Of a stretch of 64,000 bases of DNA, positions 48,001-59,683 are shown one piece after another; position 1 is the first letter of the stretch, and every line of letters starts with the position of its first letter. The stretch spans positions 11,606,962 to 11,670,961 of the forward strand of contig NC_134034.1 of assembly GCF_964204645.1 (NCBI RefSeq). Direction: 5' to 3'. The notes under the pieces were generated by a model. The model did not search any database and was not told the origin of the DNA. It saw only the letters and a list, made by a program, of their open reading frames with translations. The position numbers were made by a program, and so were the translations under genes. This stretch comes from Tubulanus polymorphus. Taxonomy: Eukaryota > Animalia > Nemertea.

Positions 48001-51000
48001 GATTTACCCCTAGGGGTAACTTTGATACTCAGTCTTTAGAACTGGGCCCAGGTTTAGTATCTACCCCAAAGGGTAACTTCGATACCGCACTCGGCTTGTG
48101 AAACTGGGCTCAGGTTAAGAATTTATCCCAAAGAAACCAGGGTACCTGGTCTATAAAACTGGGTCCAGGTTGAGAATTTACCCCTAGGGTTAACTTGGAT
48201 ACCCAGGCCTGGTTTGTTAACAATATCTGCCTTAAGGGTGATAAGAGTTTACAGGGGCAGCCATTGTTAGCGAGGTGTGCTATGAAATTAGGTGCCTATC
48301 GTAGAGTTTAAGGACTTCAGGACAATGAGCTGAATCTCATTGCTAGAGAGTAAAATCATCTTCATGAATTTGTAAATGTGATTGTTTGGTTTGGATTTGT
48401 ATAGAAGACCGAGGGCGACGAAGACGACGAAAAACTACGCGCGCAAATCTCCGAGGCTCGTAAAATCATCGAAGACCTGGAGACGAGTAAAGTGATGGCG
48501 ATCGCCGAGACTAAACAAGAGATGCATTTAGCGTTGGAGTCGAAGGACGACGAATTGAAACAGATGCAAGAGACATGTTCGAATTTAAAACAGCAGCTCG
48601 CCGAACTGAAAGAGTCGAACGATAAACTTCAACAACTCAGTGAGTTATTGAACATACTCTAAACTACTAAAAGTGTAAAACTCAGTGAGTTATATTAGAT
48701 ACACTCTTAACTACAATGTACTAAAACTGTTAAACTCAGTGAGTTATATTAGATACACTCTTAACTACAATGTACAAAAACTGTTAAACTCAGTGAGTTA
48801 TATTAGAAACACTATTAGCTACAATGTACTAAAACTGTTAAACTCAGTGAGTTATATTAGATACACTTTTAACTACAATGCACTAAAACTGTTAAACTCA
48901 GTGAGTTATATTAGATACACTCTTAACTACAATGTACAAAAACTGTTAAACTCAGTGAGTTATATTAGAAACACTATTAGCTACAATGTACTAAAACTGT
49001 TAAACTCAGTGAGTTATATTAGATACACTTTTAACTACAATGCACTAAAACTGTTAAACTCAGTGAGTTATATTAGATACACTTTTAACTACAATGCACT
49101 AAAACTGTTAAACTCAGTGAGTTATATTAGATACACTCTTAACTACAATGTACAAAAACTGTTAAACTCAGTGAGTTATATTAGAAACACTATTAGCTAC
49201 AATGTACTAAAACTGTTAAACTCAGTGAGTTATATTAGATACACTTTTAACTACAATGCACTAAAACTAAAGCTTTGTGAGTTAAACTACAGTGCTAACA
49301 TTGCAACATTTCAGGGAGTTTTTGAACATTATAAACTTCTAAAAAAGAATTGTCATCTTAGCTAGGATATTCAGACTCATTTTGGTTCAGTTCAACAGTT
49401 GAGACTTTCTTGTGTTGTAGGTAAAGAACAGCTGGAAAAATCTCGCGAAATCATAAGAAAATTACAGGAAGAGAAGAAAGCGCTGGCGCAAGAGACCGAC
49501 GAGAAAATCGCGCTTGCGGAAAAGAGTTTAGAGGAAGAACGGTCGAATCTCGTGCAAGAATTACATCGCGGGAAACAGGCGACTGTTTCATTGTTACAGG
49601 TTAGTACGGTTACATGTGCATGTACAGTAACATGTGCATGTATGTTTACATGTGCATGTACATTAACATGTGCATGTACGGTTACATTACCTCGAGAATT
49701 TACATCGCGTATCATCGACGTTTCATTCTCTGTATAATTACGCGCAGAAAGAAAATGAAGATAAGTTAGAACAAGCGATTCAAGAACAGGAAAAAATCTG
49801 GCAAGAAAAGTTCGCGCTGAAGGTACGTAACAGATGATATTTCGAAAACAAATATTCTATCATGAAGAACAGTCCCTGAAAATACTGGACTTCAGATGAT
49901 TTTATATTAAATATTTGAGTTTTTGGCGCAGTTTGACGAAGAGTAAAAATTAGTTCTTTTCCGATATTTGAAATTTGATTCAGATTTGAACCGAGAACCG
50001 TTTATTATTAAAACGCGTTTAAATGTTGATCGTATTATTTCTAGGAGCGAGAATACGAGCACAAACTGCAGTTGAAACTCACAGAGAAAGAGGACGACAT
50101 GAAACTCGCCATCGAAGAACGAGATCTACAAAAGATGGCAGCACTGAGTCAACAAGATTCGGCCAAAGACGAACTTCAAACCGAATTACAGTCGATGAAA
50201 TCTGTAAGCCGGGAATTTTATCGTTGAAATTCATTCTATTTCGTTGAATTATTTCTCAGTGATTTCGACTTCGGTATTTTTATTTGTTTAGAAAACTGTT
50301 GAATTGGAAAACGTTATTGAGAAACTGAAGGCTGATCATAAAACGCAGTTAGATTCGTTCCTCGCTCAAATGGAGTCAAATACACTCAGACATAAAGAGA
50401 CTTTAGCTGAAATTAAAGTGAAATTTGATACAAAGGTAAAATGGCATTCGCTTGATTACTTCTTAGTGGGTCTTACCATTCTTGATATCTCAGGGATTTT
50501 GTGTGGGTCTTATCCTCCTTGATATCTGATTGATACTTAGAGGGTCTTACCCTCCTTGATATTTGATTGGTTCTTAGGTCTTACCGTCCTTGATATTTGA
50601 TTGGTTCTTAAGTGTTACCCTTCTTGATATTTGATTGGTTCTGAGGTCTTACCGTCCTTGTTTTGATTGGTTCTTAGGTCTTACCCTCCTTGATATTTGA
50701 TTGATTCTTAAGAGGGTCTTACCCTCCTTGATATCTGATTGATACTTGAGAGGGTCTTACCCTCCTTGATATCTGATTGATTCTTAGGGTCTTACCCCTC
50801 TTAATAACTGATTAATTCTTCGGGATTTATTCCCCTTGATTACTGATCACTTGTGTGGGACTTTTTGTGGGTCATTTTACACATTGTCTTCAATTCTTAG
50901 TTGAAACAAACATTCATCTGATTAGTTATAGCACTTTTAGAGGTAGTTCAGAATTTTGCTAACGAATCTGTTTGATTATGCCTCCGTTTCAGGTGAAAGA

Positions 51001-54000
51001 AATACGCGAGAAATGTTCGCAAGATTACGAAACGAAAATCGACCAACTGCGCCAGGATTATCAGACGCGCACGGAGGAGCTGGAGCGACGTCACGAGCAG
51101 ACGTTGAATTCGTCGAACTCCGACTTCGAGGTGTCGCGTAAACAACAGATCGAACGACTCGAAGCGAAACATCACTCGGTGCTCGAGGAAAAACAACTTC
51201 AAATCGAACTCTACGCGAACGAGATCGCCGATTTAAAATCGAAAAATGTCGATCTGACGAACTGCGGCGACGAGCTAACCGCTCGAATTGTTGAATTAGA
51301 AACGAGTTTGAATTCGGAGCGCGAAACGTCGGAGAAACTGATCAAAGACGTGGAGAATCTACAAATACAGTTCGAGGTCGACCGGTCGAAACTGGTTGAC
51401 GAGTCGACGAGTTTCGCCGCTCGGTGCGACGAGTTGAACGTGAAAATAACGCTGTTGACCGACGCGAATTTCGGCATGAACGAAAAATGCGACGATTTGG
51501 AAAATCGTTTGAAAGAGAAGGACGCAGAAGTCGGTAAAACGGAGCAGCAGGTCGCGGCGCTGGAGCAGCAGGTCGCGGCGCTGGAGCAGCAGCTCGCGGT
51601 GCTGGAGGAGAAACTAACCGCGATCACGGAAGAGAAAAACGTCGTCGACGGTTACCTACGCGAGAAAGAGCAGACGATCGGTGAATTGACCGCCGAGAAA
51701 TCGGATCTGACGATGAACGTCGAAGCGAAACGGAAGGAAATCGACCTCGTCGTCGAGCAATACGAGGAACGAATAAAATTCGCAGCGGAGAATCACGAGC
51801 GAGAGATCGCGAGACGAGTCGAGGTCGCCGAGTTACAGCAGCGCAGCTCGGTGACGGAGATATCGAGCGAGTTAGGCGAACGTCTCGAGCGCGCGAATAA
51901 AACGATCACCGAGTTGGAGAACGTCGTGCAAGAGTTGAAATTAACCGAGAGCGAACTTCGAAGTCGGTTGGACGTCGAAAAAACGGACTTCGACGCGAAG
52001 TTAACGACGATCGCGGAAACGAAAACGATCTGCGAAAATCGCGTCGTCGAATTAGAACGGAAGTTGAGCGAACTGTGCGAGAGACTGGCGGCGGAAAAGA
52101 CGGACGCGGACTGCAGTCTGGCGGAGGCGCAGGCGGCCGGGCAGGCGTTACGCGACGAGCACGCCGCCGAGAAAGATCGACTGAATAACGAAATTAACGA
52201 TCTGCGAAATAAACTGGAGGCGAAAATAACCGACGCCGGAACGCTCGAAGGTAAGATAATTCACTTGCAGGAAGTTTGTGATCAATTGCAGAGAGAAAAC
52301 GAAGACAGTCGAACGCGCGAACGCGAATCAGAAAATAAATACGACGAAATGAAACGAACGTCCGATGAACACGTGGAGAACTTGACGACCGAATTAAACG
52401 CGTTGAGAGACGAACGTGGAAATAACGAACTTCTCGAACAGAGGAAATCGGAATTAGAATCCGCAATCGATTCTCTGCGCGACGATCGCGAGAGTTACGT
52501 GAAACGTTTGGACGAAGCGTTAGTTTCGATGACGCCGGATGTCATCGGGGAAGAAGCTGGCGATCCGACCGTGAAATTAGAACGGATTCTAGAAGCGTTC
52601 GTCGCGTCGAGAACGGAGCGCGATAAACTGACCGCGGATCTCGCGGAACGCGACGCCGAGGCCGTCGAATTAAAACGGCTAAACGACGAATTGAAAACTG
52701 ATTCGCAAAATCGGATTCGCGAATTCGAAGAGAGTCGCGTGGAATCGAGCGAAATTACGCAAAATCTTGAGGCGAAGTTAAACGAGTCGAACGGTAAAAT
52801 TTCCGACTACGAAAAACAGTGCGAAACGTATCGGACGACTTGCGAAAATCTCGAGAAGAAATTATCGGAAGAACATTCGCTGCATAACGAGGTGTTGACC
52901 GAGCTGAAGGAATCGCATTCGAGAATGTACGCGGACAAACAGGAGGAGTTTACGCGCGAGAAGGGTGAAATCGTTCAGAGTTACCGAGCGGAGGTCGAAC
53001 AATTGAAACAACAAGTCGCCGCGGAGAAGGAGAACCTGGCGCGGTTCCAGGACTCGGTGAAGACGAAATTCGAAGAGCGCGAACAGAAGTTCAAGGAAAG
53101 TTTGTCGAAACTGAGGGAGAAACTGCAGCAGAAGTTGAAACAGAAGGAAGAGGAGTACAAGAAGAAGGCAGACGCGCTGGTCAGCGAAGGGCAGGAGAAC
53201 GTGACGAGAAACCTGCTCACCTCGCATCAGCACGAGCTAGATAGTGTGCGAAATACACACCAGGCGGAGCTGAAAGAAAAGGAGCTAGAAATCGAGAAGT
53301 TGACGAGTGCTCACAAAGAAGAGTTGAACGCGTTGGAGAAAGAGAATGCGGAGAAGATCGAGGAATTCGAGGAGAGATCGCGCAAAATGAACGAAGATTT
53401 CGTCGTGAAACAAGCCACGTTTGAGGAAAAGCTGATGAACTCCGAAGCTCAGAGTGATCAATATAAAACGTCTGTGATACAACTAGAAACGGCAGTCGCT
53501 GAACGAGATGCTAAGATATTAGGACTGCAGCAGAAAGCGCTGACACAAACTCAGGATCAAAACAATCAAATGGAATCTATGCAAGAGGACTTTCAGACAA
53601 AGGTTAAAGAGAAACAGGATGAAATTAAAGACTTGCAGGAGAAGCTGGCCGAAGTTATTGAAAGTCAGGAAAGAGTCGAAGCTGAAAAGGCGACGCTTTT
53701 GGAGAAAACTACCGCCCAACACGCAGGGGAGTTGGAATCGGCGGCGGCAGAATTGGAATCGAAAACGAAACAGATCGAACTGTTAACGGAGGAGCTCGAT
53801 TCGTTGAAGCAACTGCTCGAATTGAAAGAGGAAGAGATCGCTCAAAACGACTTCAATTTCAAGGAGCAAAAAGAAGTGATCGAGAAATTCGAAAGCGTCC
53901 TCGTGCAGAAGAATTCGCTCATCGAAAAGTATTGCGACGAGATTCGCGAAAAAGATGGCGTCATACTTCGGAAAGAGGAGGAGTCGAACGAGGAGTCAGT

Positions 54001-57000
54001 CGGAAAGGATGACAAAATAAAGGGATTGAAAGAAATGGTGGCGGCGTTTGAGACGAAAGTTCAGGAAACGGAATCTGCCTTACGAGAGTCTGAGGAAAAA
54101 TCTATTGGAAAGGATGATGAAATAAAGGAATTGAAAGAAAAAGTAGAGACAGAGATTCAGGCTAAAGAAGGTGCCATACAAGAGTTTAATGAGAAATCTA
54201 TTGGAAAGGATGATGAAATAAAGGAATTGAAAGAAAGGATGGCGACGTTTGAGATTGAAATTCAGGAAAAAGATGCCGCCTTGCAAGATTCTGACCAGAA
54301 ATTTGTCGGAAAAGATGCCGAAATAAATGAACTAAATGAAAAAATTGCCGTATTTAAAACTTTGGAGAGTGAAATGGAGAAGTTAAAATCGGAATTAGGG
54401 GAGGCAGAAAAGTTGAATTTAGAAAAGAAGGATTTGATACAAATGCTTGAAAACGATAATTCGGAGACGCGAACAAAATTGAAAGCGGTCGAAGAAGAAT
54501 TGGAGGAAAAGAAGGAGGTGTGCGACGAGAAGATATCGTTGATTACGAGTTTAGAGGAGAACGATCTGGAATTGCAAACAAAACTGAAAGAATTGACGGA
54601 TAAATTGGAATCGACCGAGCAGAAATTACAGGAGTGCATCGCGTCGTACGAGCAGACGATCGATCAACATAAACAACAAGCAGACGCGTTGAAACATGTC
54701 CTCGCCGGGCAGAAAGACGAACTCGAACTGCTACGCAAACAGACGTCGGATATGGAGAACCAGTCGAAGATGAATCATGCCGATTTGGAGAACGCGTTAC
54801 AAACGAAAGTTCGCGAGAGCGAGCAGGAGCTGTTGAACGCGGCAGAAAAACATCGCGACGAGTTAACTCGAGTTAAAAACGAAACGAAAGAGAAAATCGG
54901 TCAAATGAAACAGAAATATTCGACGAAATTAAAAGAGATTCAGTCGGTGAATAGCGAACACGTCGGTGAGTTGGAAAGTAAGATCGAAGCTCTGCAGAGT
55001 GGCGTCGAAGTTTTAGACGCCGAGAAATGCGAAGCGATCGCTGACAACGATAATCTACGCGTTAAAATCGACGAATTGGAAACTCGTTGCGGCGACAAAG
55101 ACGCGGAAATATCATCGCTGAAAACGCTAGTGGCAGACGCGAATTCGGCGCTGGATTCGACTAAAACCGACAACGAAAAATACGAAAGTGAACTCGGCGA
55201 AAAGAATTCGTTATTAGAATCCTATTCTAGTCAAATCGACGAGTTGAAAAAGACTCACGACGAACTGAGCGCTAAAAACGACGAATTGCGGAAAGTTATT
55301 TCGGAACTGGAAAGTTCTAGCGTGGACAGCGCGAAACTGGAAGAAACCGCTCGCGAGAAACACGTTCTAGACGAGAGAGTCGTCGAATTGTTAGCGAATA
55401 ATCGGGAATTGAACGAGAAATTGTCGGAATTACGAAACGAGAAAGAGCGTCTGCAGAACGATTCGGTCGGACGCGACGGGGAAATGCAAACGCTGCTGTC
55501 GGAGTTAGAATCGGAAAAACGTCGTTTGGAGGCGAAGCTCGACGCGGAGAAATCCGAACGCGAGACGTCGACCGCGGAGCACGAGAAACTGATCGTCGAA
55601 ATGAAAGCCGATTATAAAGAAAAAATGCAGAAACTCGTCGACGAGGGTAACAAAAAACTGACGGAGCTGAAGAAAAAAGCCGAGCTGAAATTGACGCAGA
55701 TTAAACGCACAATGCAAGGAAACCGCGACGACGTCATCACCGAGATGACCGAACAGATCGCGAGACTTCAAGATCAAATATCCACGTTCGAAGAAACGGT
55801 CGATCGACTGACCGCTGAGAAGAACGACCTGAACGCGGAATTCGAGTCGACGAAATCGGAGAATTCGAAGTATCGCGACGAAATCTCCGAGAAATTGGCG
55901 ATTAAAGAGGCCGAGTTGACCGAGGCGACCGCGGCGACCGATTCCAAACTCGGCAAGTTTAAAAAACTGATTCAGAGTTTGAAAGCGGAACAAGAAGAGC
56001 AGACGCGGATGGTCGCCAGGTTGGAGAAGGAACTCGCGGAATCGGAAACGCAACGCAAGACGCTCGGCGAACAATTCGAGTTGGCGAAACACGATTTCGA
56101 CGTCGACATGCGAACGTTGAAACTCGAACACGAGAACGAAGTCGACGCGATGCGACGCAATTACGAGGATCGCATCGAAGACTCGGAAACGATGACGAAC
56201 TCGCGATTGAAACAACTCGTTAAAGAGTTCAATCTGAAAATGGCCGAGAAAGAGAAAGAGTTTCAATCGGTTTTCGGTCAGGCTTACGGTGAGTGCGTGC
56301 GTAGCGATCCCGGGGCAGGTTCCATAGTCATGGCTTAGACTTAGACCAGTGTCTAAGACCAATTTCTATAGATAATCTAACAATTTAAGATTTAAAACCA
56401 CTTTTAATCTCAACTATGGAACCAGCCTCTAGTAGTACTATCAATAACCCTCTAGTCATAGAGGTCTTGCAGCTCTGTGCCATATTGGTTGGCAAAAACA
56501 ACTGATTTACTACATGACAGACCCTTAAACTCTGTAAACCCCCTGATTGTGTTCTGTTTTTATGTTCATCAAACTATGAAGTCACATGCAAGACCTCTAT
56601 CGACCTTTCTAGAAAATATGGCTGACTCCACGAATCCTCCAATGACATCATCAACTTGCCTTTTACTGATACAAGAAGGGATTATATTATGATGTGGGGC
56701 ATCCTATTTTCTGGAAGGGTCTCTTAACAAATATTTCATGTATTCTGTTAACCACTCCTCTGATAGACCACAACAGTAGCTTTTACTTAGATCTACAGTG
56801 AACCCTTATTGTTGCAGTCAAGGCTTAGAGTTTCTAGATTGAACCTATTCTGGTTTAAGAATATCAATTCTAGATAACAAACTCTCTACCGGTCGCTTCT
56901 ATCAGGTTTACTGATTACAAACTCTCTACCGGCCGCTTCTATCAGATTTACAGATTATACTATTCTGGATTAGTTAGAGATCGTATTCTGGTCGAACATA

Positions 57001-59652
57001 GTGCGCCAGAAGTCAATTTCAAAGACAATTTAGAAGAGAATTCTGGAATCGGTAAAGACCGATTAAAACCTGCCTAATGGCGCTTGTGGTCATGACAGCA
57101 CTGCTGGGCCACGGATTCATTGAGGTCGTCGATGAATGTTGTCCTCGTTCTGAATATAATTTGTGTTTGTAAACAGAAAAGAGTCAAGCTGCGGAGAATA
57201 AAATCGGCGCCGAACATCAGGAACAGATGGAAGAACTACTGAAAGACTTACACGAGAAGGATCAACACATGGACAAGTGTATCGAGGAGTATGAACAAAA
57301 AATTAAAGTAAGTGAACATGAAAATGTAAATGTTACCAGCGTGACCTCATTCTTCAAAGATTCAGTAAAATATAACTGTAACAAAATCCATCCTTGACGA
57401 TAAGATATTACCATTGATATATGTAAAGTATTAATAAGCGCAGTATTTACTTAGTATTGATAATTGTTTACTTCTGCTGTGGGCTTGTAAAAACCCTTCC
57501 GTACATAGCTAATTTCATATATTATACCTGATGAAAATTATGGAACAAGCTTCCTGTCAGTCGGGCGCAATCACTTCCATCAATGATTTTAAGAAGCAGA
57601 TAAAATGCTTTCTTTTTAAGCAGGCATTTCATAACATGTTAAGTGTTCTGAGCGTGCTGGCTGTATTTAGCACTATGTAAATCACATTATTATCGCAAAT
57701 TATTATAAGCCCATCCCAAAATAATTGTCTGTTTGCCGTAACACCGACTCAAGAGTCGGTAGGTATGTAGAAATATTTTTTTGCAAACTTTTAGGGCAAA
57801 AAACAAATTTATCACCTCTTATATGGAAATGATATCAAAAATAAAATTTATTTCAATGAATCCCAAAAAAAGTTTTCACTCGGTGCCTTTGAAGTCGGGT
57901 CGGTCGGGTTACAGCAAACAGACCATTATTTTGGGATGGCCCTTATTATGGCTGAAGTGATTCAAGATTGTAAAAATCTCAAAATAGTCGAAATGATATG
58001 ATGATGTTCTGATGATATTCTAAAGGATTTGGAGGCCGAACGAGATGGAACCGTCGATGAACTGCATCAAGAGATCGACCGTTTGGATAAACTGTTGATT
58101 CTACGCGACGAGGAACATCGCATGGAGGTCGCCGGCATCGAGAGTCGAATCGACGAGACCGTCGACGCTCGTATGAAACAGAAGCAGACGGCGCACGCCG
58201 AGGAACTCGACGGATTGATGAAAGAATGGAACATCGAACGCAAGGTAAAAACGAGAGAAAGAAAGAGAGACCGTGAACAAGCGTTTGAACGTTAAAGGGT
58301 TAAAGGTCGATTATCATAACGTCTGTCAATGTCAACGCACCAGCTTACTCATCCTCCCTCGCGTACGGATTCCAACAATCACGATCTAGCTATGAATGGA
58401 AAAACCCAAGCTGAAATGAGGCTACAAGGAAATGATGCTTTGTTTCTCTTAATTAGCCAGGGGCCAGTTGCACAGTCGTGAGTTAAGTTCAAAAGTGGTC
58501 TTAAATCTTAAGACCGGATCTAAGTTGTTAGATTGGCTATAGAACTAAGTTGGTCTTAGACTGGTCTTAAGTCAAAGCCGTGACTGCGCAACCGGCCCCT
58601 GGTCATTTTGAATTTAAAAATCATCAGAATTCTAGGAATAGTAATGTACAGGGTTGATAGGCGGCCGGCCGGGTCAAGTTTTAAGTTCAGCAGAAATGAA
58701 AAACAAGGTATCAATTCTTTTGAGCCTAAAACATGATTTCTGATCGGCTATTGATGGCTGCGACTAAGCTGCAATCAGGCCGTTATCCCAGCCGAGGGAG
58801 GATGCGGCTTACTACTCCTTCCCCTGACTCACCATTTCTTCATCGTCCCTGTTCTTTTTGATGATTCTCATTAACACAATTTCTTGATAATTGAGAGTCA
58901 CGTTTAGATGATGCACCTATAAAAATTTGTTCTCGAAATTCTCTCCAAAAAATGAATTTTGGAAGAGTTTTTTTTTTTCTTAAATTATTATTTCATTGAA
59001 ACATGATAAACTCACGACGAGATGATGAGAATTAACCCTGCCGAGGTGATTACACTGTATTTAGCCGTACACCGTAAACGATTGGTACATTGTGATCTTC
59101 TATATTGTTTTTATGCTTTTATCGGATTGTCAATGCATTGTAGAATATTTTGCCACCGGTCTCTTTGCTCAAAGGTTGTCGAATATTTTTCCAGTTTTCG
59201 CCGACATGAAATTTGATTCTTAAGAGTGAGAATAATTCATAATGAATGGACTTTAAGCGAGTGAAATCTTAAAACTGTAGAACTGGGTCCAGCAATGTGA
59301 AATTGTGAAGAAAAAAAACTATTTTCACTTACTGGTAATTCACAATGCGTGAATTTTGGTCTCCAGAACCCAGATCCACAGTTTTGAGTTGAAATTTCAC
59401 TCTACAGTTTGTGAACTAATCAAAGAAAATTAAGTAATTTGATTACGGAGTACAGACAGATCCCGCACGGATTCGAATGCCATCGCGTTCGAATCCGTGC
59501 CGAGGGAAGACGCCAGATCCGAGGCCACCGCGCGAAGATCCAACTGATATAAAAAACAACCTTTCAGTAATTGAACTGTTTATTATTTCTCTCACTCACG
59601 TCTCGTCTCGTTGCAATGTTTATTTTTTCTGATCTGTTTTGTATTGTTGATA

Positions 59653-59683
<31 letters not shown>

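Noticed and set aside
48685-49365. 226-aa repetitive ORF as an independent gene
   Set aside because: It is a 54-bp (18-codon) intronic satellite with no ATG start.
51211-56362. Many minus-strand ORFs (e.g. 55505-56362, 285 aa)
   Set aside because: Antisense shadows of the biased-codon GOLGA4 giant exon. The same applies to the overlapping ORFs within RFC5, the GPCR and the ANKAR exons.
59037-59087. Hammerhead-like CTGCCGAG-GTG..CAC-CGTAAAC-GATT
   Set aside because: Both core boxes are mutated; at most an old PLE remnant, and too weak to call.
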